64,000 nt of DNA. Source: Octopus sinensis. Lineage: Eukaryota. Location: the NCBI RefSeq assembly GCF_006345805.1, contig NC_042997.1:109430001-109494000 (forward strand), in the 5' to 3' direction. The translations under genes were made by a program, and so were the position numbers. Positions 26,597-38,545 of this stretch are shown piece by piece; positions within the stretch are counted from its first letter, which is position 1; the number at the start of each line of letters is the position of its first letter. Below the pieces are notes generated by a model. That model did not search any database. It saw only the letters and a program-made list of their open reading frames with translations, and was not told the origin of the DNA.

Positions 26597-28224
26597 ACAC
26601 TATTAAAGACAGTTCATGGATTTACCAACACTATTAAAGACAGTTCATGGATTTACCAAAGAAATAGATATGAAATTTGGATTAGAAAAATGCGCCAAAG
26701 TAACCATGAAAAGAGGAAAACTAGTTAAGAGTAACAACATCACACTAGATAAAACCAATGAAATAAAAGAATTAGACCAAAGCCAAACTTACAAATACTT
26801 AGGAATCCATGAACTGATAAGACCCAACACACACAAATGAAAGAGAAAATAAAAAAAGAATATTATAGACGAGTTAGATCATACTAAAAACAGAGCTCAA
26901 TGCTAAAAACAAGATAATAGGTATCAACACTTTAGCTGTCCCAGTTATAAGTTACAGCTACAATATCCTTAACTGGACACGAATGAACTGTCCAAAACAG
27001 ATAGGAAAACAAGAAAAATACTGACAGGATCTAGGATGCATCACCCAAAATCTGACATAGAAAGACTATATATACAACGTATAGAAGGTGGTAGAGGCCT
27101 TATACAGCTGGAAAACTACTATAAAATAACCACCATAGGACTGCAAAAATACCTACTTCAGAAGGAAGGAAAACTGATCCAGATAGCAGCAAAACACGAG
27201 CAAAACAAAAAACTGTTCTCAGTATTTAAGGAAGCTGACAAACAAACAAACAAGAAATCATACCACCTAATAACACAAAGAAGAAGAAGTAGATGATGAA
27301 GAAACAACAAAAGCTTAAAACAAATGAAATCCAAACTAAAAATAGAACAGCAACGAGCCATGATAAACGATGGCAAAAAAACCCCTTCATGGTAAATACT
27401 GCACTAACTAAACGCAAAAGAAATAGACAAAGAAAAATCCCAGCAATGGTTGAGAAGCTCAGGACTCAAAGCTGAAACAGAGGGATTTTTAATTGCAGCA
27501 CAAGACCAAAAGCCTCCCCACCAGAAATTACCAAAAACATGTAATGAAAAGAAATATTACAAGTAACTGCAGAATATGTGGAGATGACAAGAAACAATAA
27601 ATCATATTATCTCTAGCTGCCCAGTCCTGGCTAAGAAGGAATATATTCACAGACATGACAGAGTTGGAACCTACATACATTGGAAGCTATGCCAACATTA
27701 TGGAATAACAACAGAAAAAAGATGGTATAGGCACACACCAGAAAAGGTCACAGAAAACGAGAAAGCAACCATACTCTGGGATATGCCGATACACACAGAT
27801 AGAGAAATTAAGGCCAACAGACCAGATATTTGTCAGAGATCATGAAGAAAAAAATGTTTTCTACTTGATGTATCAATACCGGCAGATGACAACGTGTCTC
27901 TAAAAGAAATGGAGAAACTCTCAAAATACAAAACCTGGAAATAGAGGTAACTAGAATGTGGAACCTGAAAACAGAAACATTCCTATCTATAGGTGTATTA
28001 GGCATGATAAAAAAATATTCAGACAAATACATAACAAAAACACCAGGACTTACAAACACATATAACATACAGAAATTGCACTACTAGGCACTGCACACAT
28101 CCTACGCAGAACACTTTCCATACAATAACCAACCAGAGCATCACAACAAATCACAGCACATACCCAAGGCACACAGAGCTGCGCTCGGTAGTGATGAAAG
28201 CACGCTAAAAAAATAAAACTACTG
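26597..28224 (+). mobile_element. R4/Dong LINE lineage A, 5'-truncated (from just after YMDD through RLE and 3' UTR)
   Basis: TLLKTVHGFTKEIDMKFGLEKCAKV...HHPKSDIERLYIQRIEGGRGLIQLE...GLKAETEG; it ends AAAACTACTG followed by (AAT)n and is highly similar to 54820-56427. Confidence 0.96.
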
Positions 28225-28238
28225 AATAATAATAATAA

Positions 28239-29189
28239 AAACCTCTCTATGGCAAATACCCAAAGAGAGCAAATAATGCAGATGTTGACAAAGCCCTGAC
28301 CCATCAATGGCTAATGGCCTCTGGCTTAAAATCTGAAACAGAGGGGTTTATCATAGCAGCTCAAGATCAATGCCTACCAACAAGAAACTACCAGGCCAAC
28401 ATATTAAAGATCAGAAGCAGTCCAACGTGTCGTGTATGCAAGCAACAAAATGAAACCATTGACCATGTGGTCTCCAAGTGCAGTCTTCTAGCGCCTACAG
28501 AGTATCTCAACAGGCACGATAGAGCTGCACAATATATTCACTGGTAATCTGTAAAAACCTGGATTTGCCCCATGAAAAAAACTGGTGGGAACCAAACCAC
28601 CCCCAGTGCTTTAAAAATGACCACATCTCACTCCTCTGGAACTTCACATTCAAACTGACAGAAAGATAGATGCAAATAGGCCAGACATCATATTGAAAGA
28701 CTTCAAACAAAGAACATGCCTCCTCATTGATATGACTGTCCCAATCGATATAAACGTATCTGTCAAGACCTACCAAAAACTGAGCAAAATAAAGATCTTG
28801 AAATAGAAATCAGCAAAATGTGGAACCTGAAGACTAAACAATCCTGTTGTCATAGTGCCCTGGGAATGATAGCAAAAGGGGCTGAAGCTACCTAACTCAG
28901 ATACCAGGAAACCCCAAAATGGTAGAAATTCAAAAGATAGTGCTCATGGTAACTGCTCATATCCTACGCAAAATACTTTCTATGTAATCTCAAGGTTTAA
29001 AACAAACATAATTTTCGGATTAAAAAAAAAAAAACTTTTTTAGACATTCATTATTACAAACACCCCCACCCCCCAATATATGGCACACTAGGCATAACAA
29101 CAACATGAACTTCCAACCCTGTTGTCTCTTGAGTCTCTGGGTGGGACTTGGACCCAACTTGTACAAATATAAAGCAAAGTCAAACATAG
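28239..29189 (+). mobile_element. R4/Dong LINE lineage B, 5'-truncated (RLE plus ~200 nt 3' UTR)
   Basis: WLMASGLKSETEGFIIAAQDQCLPTRNY...CRVCKQQNETIDHVVSKC...RHD...ANRPDIILKD...TAHILRKILSM* has the same domain layout as lineage A but a clearly different sequence and a different 3' UTR ending CAAACATAG-(AAT)n. Confidence 0.93.
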
Positions 29190-29220
29190 AATAATAATAA
29201 TAATAATAATAATAAAAATA

Positions 29221-29252
<32 letters not shown>

Positions 29253-29261
29253 GTAATAATA

Positions 29262-29294
<33 letters not shown>

Positions 29295-29345
29295 AACAAC
29301 ACAAACACCCAACAACAACAACAATAATAATAATAACAATAAATA

Positions 29346-29386
<41 letters not shown>

Positions 29387-29449
29387 TGATAATAATGATG
29401 AATGATATGATGATGATATGATGATGATGATGATATGATGATGATGATG

Positions 29450-29484
<35 letters not shown>
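29190..29484. repeat. Compound (TAA)n/(CAA)/(TGA)n/(TAA)n spacer between stacked LINEs
   Basis: Direct reading. Confidence 0.95.
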
Positions 29485-29488
<4 letters not shown>

Positions 29489-30286
29489 CAAAAGAAATAG
29501 ACGAAAAAATCCCAGCAATGGTTGAGAAGCTCAGGACTCAAAGCAGAGACGGAGGTATTTTTAATTGTAGTACAGGACCAAAGACTCCCCACCAGAAATT
29601 ACCAAAAACATGTAAGGAAAAGAAACATAACAAGTAACGGCAGAATATGTGGGGATGGGCAAGAAACAATAAATCATATATTATCTCTGGCTGCCCAATC
29701 CTAGCTAAGAAGGAATATACTCACAGACACGACAGAGTTGGGACCTACAGACACTGGAAGCTATGCCAACACGATGGAATAACAACAGAAAAAAGATGGT
29801 ATAGGCACACACCAGAAAAGGTCACAGAAAACGAGAAAGCAACCATACTTTGGGAGAAATTAAGGCCAATAGGCCAGATATAGTTTTCAGAGATCATGAA
29901 GGAAAAAAATGCTTTCTAATTGATGTATCAATACCAGCAGATGATAACGTTTCTCTAAAAGAAATGGAGAAACTTTCAAAATACAAAGACCTGGAAATAG
30001 AGGTAACTCGAATGTGGAATCTAAAAACAGAAACAATCCCTATCATAGTGGGTGCATTAGGAATGATAAAAAAAATATTCAGACAAATATATAACAAAAA
30101 CACCAGGACTAACAAATATATACAACATACAGAAAATTGCACTACTGGGTACTGCACACATTCTATGCAAAACACTTTCAATACAGTAACCATAAGAGCA
30201 TCACAGCAAACCACAGCACATACCCAAGGCACACAGAGCTACGCTCCGTAGTGAAGTGTAAGCACTTTATAAAAATAAAACTACTG
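29485..30286 (+). mobile_element. R4/Dong LINE lineage A, 5'-truncated RLE copy (more diverged)
   Basis: LRSSGLKAETEVFL...IKANRPDIVFRD...KYKDLEIEVTRMWNLKTETIPIIVGALG; ends AAAACTACTG-AATAAT. Confidence 0.95.
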
Positions 30287-30391
30287 AATAATAGTAAAAT
30301 TATCTAGCACACACAAACATATAATATATATGATGGATTCTTCTGTAGTGAACGATAAATGAGGTTCAGTAAAATAAGCGGTAATTATGTT

Positions 30392-30612
30392 CTATGGACA
30401 TGCATGTATCTGTTGATGCCTTGCAACCTTTTTGGCAAATGGAACAAGTTGAAGAGTAGTAATGTCTGGGGAACCTGAAGACCAGTTGACATTGCGGGAG
30501 ATTATTCTCTCTCCAAAGCAATGACGTATCAACTGCATTGTTTCTTTTGCGGTACGAGCAGTTGCCCCATCTTGCTGGAACCATGTGTGAGGTATTCTTT
30601 GGATAGCCTTCA
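30392..30612 (-). mobile_element. Tc1/mariner-superfamily transposase fragment (second catalytic D region)
   Basis: HTWFQQDGATARTAKETMQLIRHCFGERIISRNVNWSSGSPDIT matches WFQQDGATaHT...F..R.ISR...WP..SPDL. Confidence 0.88.
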
Positions 30613-30989
30613 CCTTCCTCAGACTTAAATAGCCCGGATTTTTTCTTGTGAAGATACCTGAAAGAGACGGTTTACCTCAACAAACCGGAGACCCTGGTGC
30701 AACTGAAGCAGAAAAATCAATAGAGACATCAGAGAGGTGGGGTTTGAAACTCTTGAGGGTGTTATGGTGCAAGTTTTGGAAAGAGCAAGAGCGTGCGAAA
30801 CCGAAAATGGCTGCCATTTAAGTGATGTTATTTTTTCATATGCGAATTAGTGGCGTTTCAAAATTTGACTTATGCATATTAATTGCCATTATGTCCTTTA
30901 TAATCTATCAAAATTTCATGCATTTATTTCCAAATTCAAGAAAGTTATTAAAAATTGAAACCCATCAGTGACTTTTGGGACACCCTGTA
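30613..30989 (+). mobile_element. Tc1/mariner-superfamily transposase C-terminus with right terminal inverted repeat and TA
   Basis: SDLNSPDFFL*RYLKETVYLNKPETLVQLKQ...ERARACETENGCHLSDVIF. The end ...CTTTTGGGACACCCTG-TA is the reverse complement of TACAGGGTGTCCCAAAAG, a typical mariner-type terminus. Confidence 0.85.
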
Positions 30990-31526
<537 letters not shown>

Positions 31527-31675
31527 CGATAGACTTCCACGCAGTTTCCATATACCAAATTCACTCACAAAACTTTAGTCAGCCCGGAGCTATAGTAGAA
31601 GACACTTGCCCAAGGTGCCGTGCTGTGGGACTGAACCCTAAACCACATGGTTGCAAATCGAGTTTCTTAACCGTC
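31527..31675 (-). mobile_element. SINE family B, 5' half
   Basis: GCTATAGTAGAAGACACTTGCCCAAGGTGCCGTGCTGTGGGACTGAACCC. Confidence 0.87.
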
Positions 31676-32619
31676 CATTCATACATACATACATCACAGC
31701 ACAGAATTATAGTTTACATCCTGAGCATCCGATCACAGCATCTATATCTTCTGTTAACATATTTCATGATGAATGGACTGAACACAGACAGCAACATTAC
31801 AACACAAACGAACCGCACAAACGTACAACCCACGTCGCCTACAAAACTTAATAACGCCACACACCAGAAATATAATCAAAACTGAAATACACAGAAAACT
31901 ACAGGAATACATGTACATACATATTAGATATTGACTGCTCCTTAATTACTTAATTAAATTATTACTTTCTTTGAAATAAACTTAAACACACCTTCCTACA
32001 GACACTCACACACCTTGAACGGCATTTTACATATTTACATACACCAGCACAGAAGCGTGGAGGACAGACTTGTGCGTTCACGTCTGTCTATGCGCCTGTG
32101 TGTGTATGTGAGTGTAGTTGTGAGAGTGTATGTCATATGTTTGAGGATTGTTCCATTTCTGGAATAAATTGTAATTATATTAAAAGACAAAATCAAAGAG
32201 AAAATTTCCGGAGTGCTGGTGTGATAATGGCGGCTCTTGGAGATGGAATTAGCGGCAAATTAAACGTAATTTGTTGCCTTTCTTGATTATAGAGAAATAT
32301 TTTAAGCTGGAGATAAAACTATCATTAGAAATATCTTATCTATTATTAATATTATTAATTTAACGAAATAAATATATCTATTATTATATCTAGATAAATC
32401 TATTTATTATATTTATTATATTTATATCTATTTATTATAATAGATAAATCTATTTATTACTGAGATACATTAATATTACAAATTTAGAAATACTGATAAA
32501 TCTAATATTGTAAATATGTATTATTAATAGTGTTAATTTATCAATATAGTATTATTATTAAGTTGCAGGTTTAGATAAATCAATTATTAAAGGTATCAAT
32601 TATTAATATAAAGTTAGAG

Positions 32620-32770
32620 GAAGGCGGCGAGCTGATAGAATTTGAATTCAAACGCTACCGAGGTCGACTTTACCTTTCATCTTTTCAGGGTCGATAAGAT
32701 AAGTACTAGCTGTAATCGACTTGATCCTCCTCCGAAATTGCTGGCCTTGTGCCAAAATTTTGAAACAATA
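32620..32770 (+). mobile_element. SINE family A-related, internally deleted
   Basis: AAGGCGGCGAGCTGATAGAA joined to GAGGTCGACTTTACCTTTCATCTTTTCAGGGTCGATAAG. Confidence 0.8.
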
Positions 32771-33030
32771 TCATTAAGTATAAGAAATAAATATATCCTA
32801 TTAATTAATTTACAGTTATGGCTAAATCCACAATTATTACTGATAGATCTTTTAAAAAATGTTATTAATTTCGAGGAATCGAGAACCCTGTCATTAATAG
32901 GGCTTTCATCTTATACAGTTCAACTTCAAAACATTAGTGAAATATTCTTTACAAAATGTTTTCTTTGTGCATTTGTCTTAATCTCATAGTTTGTGTGTGT
33001 GTGTGTGTGCGTGTGTATATGCGTGTGTGT

Positions 33031-33077
<47 letters not shown>

Positions 33078-33310
33078 CTGTGTTTCTGTGTTTGTGTGTT
33101 CAGAATTAATCACTAAAGACATTAACTGAAATAAACGGATTCAATATCTGAAAGATGAGAATGATTTCGAGGTGAATCAATGTAGTGCCATCCGAGCTCG
33201 ACTGATTGGCAGAATAGTGGTTTCAAACTTTGGCCCAAGGCCAGCAATTTCGGCTGAGGGGTAAGTCAATTATAACGGCTCCAGTGTTCACCTGGTACTT
33301 AGTTTATCGA

Positions 33311-33728
33311 AGGGCAGCGAGCGGGCAGAAACGTTAGCACGCCGAGCGAAATGCTTAGCGGTATTTCGTCTGCCGTTACGTTCTGAGTTCAAATTCCGCC
33401 GAGGTCAACTTTGCCTTTCATCCTTTCGGGGTCGATAAATTAAGTACCAGTTATGCACTGGGGGTCGATGTAATCGACTTAATACCTATGTCTGTCCTTG
33501 TTTGTCCCCTCTGTGTTTAGTCCCTTGTGGGTAATAAAGAAATAGGTATTTCGTCTGCCGTTACGTTCTGAGTTCAAATTCCTCCGAGGTCAGCTTTGCC
33601 TTTCATCCTTTCGGGGTCGATAAATTAAGTACCAGTTACGCACTGGAATCGATATAATCGACTTAATCCGTCTGTCTGTCCTTGTTTGTCCTCTCTGTGT
33701 TTAGCCCCTGGTGGGTAGTAAAGAAATA
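33311..33728 (+). mobile_element. SINE family A head-to-tail dimer with a 17-bp TSD, nested in an older antisense SINE-A
   Basis: A full monomer (33311-33545) is followed by a 5'-truncated monomer (33546-33728). GGTACTTAGTTTATCGA is present at 33294-33310 and 33729-33745. Confidence 0.93.
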
Positions 33729-34084
33729 GGTACTTAGTTTATCGACCTCGATGCGGTAACGGTTCTGCCAGTTCACCACATTTTGATTGGCAGAATATTA
33801 TAACATCGAATGCAACATCCAGCAGCATCTGAATGGATTCTATGCGTTTCGACTTCAAATGGCGCCCACCACCAACGGAATAAAATCTGGATCCTGGGCG
33901 GATTGGTAAAAACGGTGTTAGATTTAGGAAGTCCTTAAGCAAATCTAAAATCTCTCTCATTGCTAGAATAAAAAAAATACAGCTGGCGGTAAAAACTCAG
34001 GAGATTCTTTCAAGTCGTCTGCATCCAGGAGCAGTAATTTTTTTCCAGCACATCCAGTGGAATTAATTATGCAAATTAAACTGC

Positions 34085-34425
34085 TAAGTTTTAAGAAGTT
34101 TACTTCCAAGCAACGTGGGTTCGGTTTTAGTCCCTCTGCGCGGCATCCTGGGTACGTTTTTTTCTATTATAGCCTCAGGCCAATCAATGCTTTGTGGCGG
34201 AAATTGTGAGGAAGCAGGTTATCGTTTGTATAGATGTGTGTGTGTGTGTCCAAACACCGTTTGACAACCGGTGTTGATACGTTTACATCTCCTTGACAAA
34301 GTGGATCGTAACTTAGCAAAAGAGATCGATCAGATAAGTAATTTTAAAAAGGTACTGGAGTCGATTTGGTCGACTAATCCCGCCAAGGCGGTGCTCCAGC
34401 ATGGTCGCACTCCAATGAATAAAAC
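34085..34425 (+). mobile_element. SINE family B, old degenerate copy
   Basis: Colinear with the reverse complement of 16806-17211. Confidence 0.8.
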
Positions 34426-34584
34426 ATGTAAAACATATAAAGTAAATATTATTGGATCCTTAAAGCAAATCTTTATCAATTTACCGTTTTTGTACAAAAA
34501 AACAGTCAACCAGTGGCAGCAGCACATCATATCAATAGGATATTGTTATAATCAGTTTGAAACTGGCAAGTATTCTTCTTTCCT

Positions 34585-34600
34585 CTTCTTCTTCTTCTTC

Positions 34601-34667
<67 letters not shown>

Positions 34668-34765
34668 CATAAGCTTTATTATTATTATTATTATTATTAT
34701 TAATATTGTTATTATTATTGTTGTGGTTGTTGTTGTTATTATTATTATTGTTGTTGTGTTTTTTT
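34585..34765. repeat. (CTT)n-(TTA)n-(TTG)n compound microsatellite
   Basis: Direct reading. Confidence 0.96.
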
Positions 34766-34809
34766 GTATAAAAACACCTCTGATAATTTTTTTTCTTTTT
34801 TTTTAACGG

Positions 34810-35757
34810 CTTTTCCTTCTTCCTCCGATCTAAAAGCGATGAAGTTGCTTTTTTATAACTCCGTCCGTTGTTTGTATCTTCAGAATTGTCCGATATTTAT
34901 TCATAGCCTGTTTGATGTACTTGTTCGCTATTGGTGCTACCTTATTCGCGGCTAATGTTTCCGGAATCCACGTGTACAGAACAAAGTCAAAAAGCTTTCA
35001 GCTTGTCAATTCATGCCATACTCGAACCATCTTCCTTCAACAGGTTTCGGTTATAGATTTTTTGTTTTGATCACTTATTGATCCTTACAGCCAGATGATG
35101 AGCTTTGCAACACGTTGTTTCTCTTCTTCTCAAGATGCGATAATTTATGATTTTCTTTTTCCAGGTAATTAATTACAAATACAAAGGCACGATTGCAATA
35201 ACGTGGCAGGAGATCCCTGCCATATAATTGCATTCAGGGCTTTGTAATCTGTAGGCCGACAGGTTATAAGGTCTAGATTTTGATGGCGGTGGGAAAATAA
35301 CACTGTTTCTTTACTCGTGCGGTTTAAGATGGACTTCCCTTCTCTCAGCCATTCAGCTATTGTTTCCGGAATACCTTTAATTTGTTATTAAATATTTTCA
35401 CCAGTATTTTATGTATGCCAGCTGAATATTTCAAGCAGAACTTAGGGCTTTTATCATTTCCTGGTACCTTCAAGTCGTTCATATTTGTAGCTTTGGGGCC
35501 ACTTGTTCAGGTAATATGACCTTTCACAATTTTTCAAGTGTTTGTTGTATTTAAACATTATAATTTCTTTCCGTCGATGGTTCTTGATAAAATTGGTTTC
35601 GGTTGGAATCGAATTGTTTGTTTCGTTCAAAGGAGAGTTGCAATCTTTCATAAAGACAAATTCTTTGCGACAAAGCCACAATCACTTCTTCCAGCCATTC
35701 TTTGATTTTGGCTCCAGTTTTCCTGTTGCTAGATTTCTGTACCATTTGCGGCACTTC
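34810..35757 (-). mobile_element. Old degenerate R4/Dong LINE fragment (pre-RT and RT N-half)
   Basis: The minus strand has ERNKQFDSNRNQFYQE (cf. EQNKKFNSDPKKFYQE), GCKDQ, and K.AFDFVLYTWIPETLAANKVAP (cf. KKAFDSIPHTWILETLAINKVAP). Confidence 0.82.
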
Positions 35758-35975
35758 ATGTATATGTATGTGCGCGTGTGTTTGCTTGTGTGCGTGTGTG
35801 TGTGTTTGTGCGTGTGTTTGTATGTGTGTGAATGTATGTGAATGTAATATACATGTATAGATATTATAAATATATATTCATTGACATGTATATATATATT
35901 ATATGTATATGTATGTATATTTATCTATCGATATATATATATGAATGTGTGTGTATGTGTATATGTATATATATA

Positions 35976-36018
<43 letters not shown>

Positions 36019-36024
36019 AAGGGT

Positions 36025-36318
36025 AAAGACCCCCTTCGGTCATGAATGACCATGGGATTGCACCTAGAAAGTTATCCCCTAGACACAAGTCCGGGCAAGG
36101 TGTTTATGGAAGGCCAGCAGTCGCCCATGCATACCAGCCTCCCCTCTCCACGCCACCAGTGTTATCCAAGGGAAAGACAAAGGTCGATACAGCTTGGCAC
36201 CAGTGACGTCGCAGCTCATTTCTACAGCTGAGTGAACTGGAGCAACGTGAAATAAAGTGCCTTGCTCGAGAACACAACACGCAGCACCCGGTCCGGGATT
36301 CGAGCTCACAACCTCACG
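36025..36318 (-). mobile_element. SINE family C
   Basis: Reverse complement of 15490-15792. Confidence 0.9.
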
Positions 36319-36319
36319 T

Positions 36320-36406
<87 letters not shown>

Positions 36407-36443
36407 ATATACATACAATATAATATATATATATGTATATGTA

Positions 36444-36479
<36 letters not shown>

Positions 36480-37607
36480 TGTATGTATGTATGTATGTAT
36501 GTATGTATGCATGTATCTATGTATTAGGCACACATATTAATATACATAAATGTGTTTGCGTACTTCGTCATTGAATCCTTAATGATATTGGAGCTCATTT
36601 CTTTTATTTCCCATCCTTTTAACTTCAAGTTATTAAAATTAATTAGTGTTATTGATATTAATGTTATTATTAATATCAATATCATTAATATTGTAAAAGA
36701 TAATTCTAGAAATTGAATTTATTAAGACCGCCAAAATGTTGCGAGTGATCATTCATTAATCACTCTATATACTTCAATTATCACTCATTATTCCCTCTAT
36801 GTATTTCACCTATCATTGACGTTATTTACAAACAACAATATCTAATATGACGTTTCCCATAGTATTTATCATTTTGCAATGACGACAGAAAAAGGTAAAT
36901 ACAAAATAATATTAGATGAATGGCATCGATTTTGTATTTTATTGTTGCTAAAAATCATCTCTTTTATGTTTCAGAGGATTTGTTTAACTTTTCAACAATA
37001 ATGTCTTTTGATAACCATCCGTGCATCATTAATAGTGTATATCCATCATTGATAGGCGAGTTGCCGGGGTATTCCTCCTGCGATAATATCTACCATAGAC
37101 GAGTGCTATTAGAAAACATTAAATATCAGAGGGGGAAGAAGACAGCAGTCATAGGAGACGCTATCTCAGGACAAATACTGCAATAACTGGCCCATCAACG
37201 GTGTATATACATTAAATATGATACATAAATAGCTATTTTAATTGAATACTACCTCAGTTGTTCACACTGAAATTTTATTCAAGTGGGAGGCTATTCGCAA
37301 CATCAGTAAATATTTTGTTTACTGTTTCTTATATCGAATGCTGTGAATTCCCGTCCAGGCTTGTGGTTGGCTGGGAATACATGTCATTGAAAAGGACCAA
37401 AAGGCCAAAATGCAAATGGCGTTCTCGGTGGGCACTGCTCTCTTTCTCTTTCTACTTCTCTCTGCCTCTCTCTTTCTCCCCCTCTCTCTCTGTACATATA
37501 TATGTGTGTGTGTGTGTTTTTGTGTGTGAGTATGTATGTGTGTATATGCATATATATACACACACATATACATATATAACAATCATCTGAAGCTATGAAT
37601 GTGTAAG

Positions 37608-37639
<32 letters not shown>

Positions 37640-37712
37640 CATACATATATGTTATATATATGTGTGTGTGTGTGTGTGTGTGGTGTGTGTGTGTGTGCGT
37701 GTGTGTGTGTGT

Positions 37713-37966
37713 GTGGAGGCGCAATGGTCCAGTGGTTAGGGCAGCGGACTTGCGGTCGGAGGATCGCGGTTTCGATTCCCAGACCGGGTGTTGTGTGTGT
37801 TTATTGAGCGAAAACACCTAAAAAGCTCCACGAGGCTCCGGCAGGGGGTGGTGATCCCTGCTGTACTCTTTCACCACTCTTTCTCCCACTTTCTTCTGTT
37901 GGCCTGCTCGCTTAGCCAGCGGGGTGGCGTTGTTCGAAGGCTTAAACAATGCGAACGCATTGTGAC
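37713..37966 (+). mobile_element. SINE family E (tail type 1), 3'-deleted, left palindrome arm
   Basis: GTGGAGGCGCAATGGTCCAGTGGTTAGGGCAGCGGAC...GGTTTCGATTCCC, with A and B boxes. Confidence 0.92.
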
Positions 37967-38042
37967 CACGTGATATATGATCACGTGATATATATATATA
38001 TATATATGATCACGTGATATATATATATATATATATCACGTG

Positions 38043-38340
38043 ATCATGTGACCGACCAGACCATCAGATGTTGCTACACATCGCTGGTCACAATGCTTTC
38101 GCATTGTTTTAGCCTTCGAACAACGCCACCCCGCTGGCTAAGCGAGCAGGCCAACAGAAGAAAGTGGGAGAAAGAGTGGTGAAAGAGTACAGCAGGGATC
38201 ACCACCCCCTGCCGGAGCCTCGTGGAGCTTTTTAGGTGTTTTCGCTCAATAAACACACACAACGCCCGGTCTGGGAATCGAAACCGCGATCCTCCGACCG
38301 CGAGTCCGCTGCCCTAACCACTGGACCATTGCGCCTCCAC
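38043..38340 (-). mobile_element. SINE family E (tail type 1), right palindrome arm
   Basis: Reverse complement of 37713-37966 plus ~45 nt of additional tail. Confidence 0.92.
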
Positions 38341-38356
38341 ACACACACAACACACA

Positions 38357-38391
<35 letters not shown>

Positions 38392-38545
38392 CATACATAT
38401 ATATATATTTATATACACATACTTACACATTCATAGCTTCAGATGATTGTTATATATGTATATGTGTGTGTATATATATGCATATACACACATACATACT
38501 CACACACAAAAACACACACACACATATATATGCACTATATATATA

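Larger units (their letters stand above)
37492..38535. repeat. ~1 kb inverted duplication (palindrome) with ~480-500 bp arms
   Basis: The non-microsatellite stretch ATATAACAATCATCTGAAGCTATGAATGTGTAAGTATG (~37575-37612) is mirrored at ~38420-38457. The SINE-E copies in the two arms are ~98% identical. Confidence 0.93.

Noticed and set aside
33739-33960. Minus-strand ORF with good acceptor (AMREILDLLKDF...) and a plus-strand FN3/WSxWS-like string (YAFRLQMAPTTNGIKSGSWADW)
   Set aside because: The minus-strand donor falls inside an old SINE-A head and the plus-strand acceptor is weak. The resemblance is too short to support either call.
37713-37790. tRNA-like sequences at the SINE heads (also 15456, 17211, 38546, 41369, 60444)
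   Set aside because: They have A/B boxes but no complete cloverleaf or acceptor stem and continue into SINE bodies, so they are not tRNA genes.
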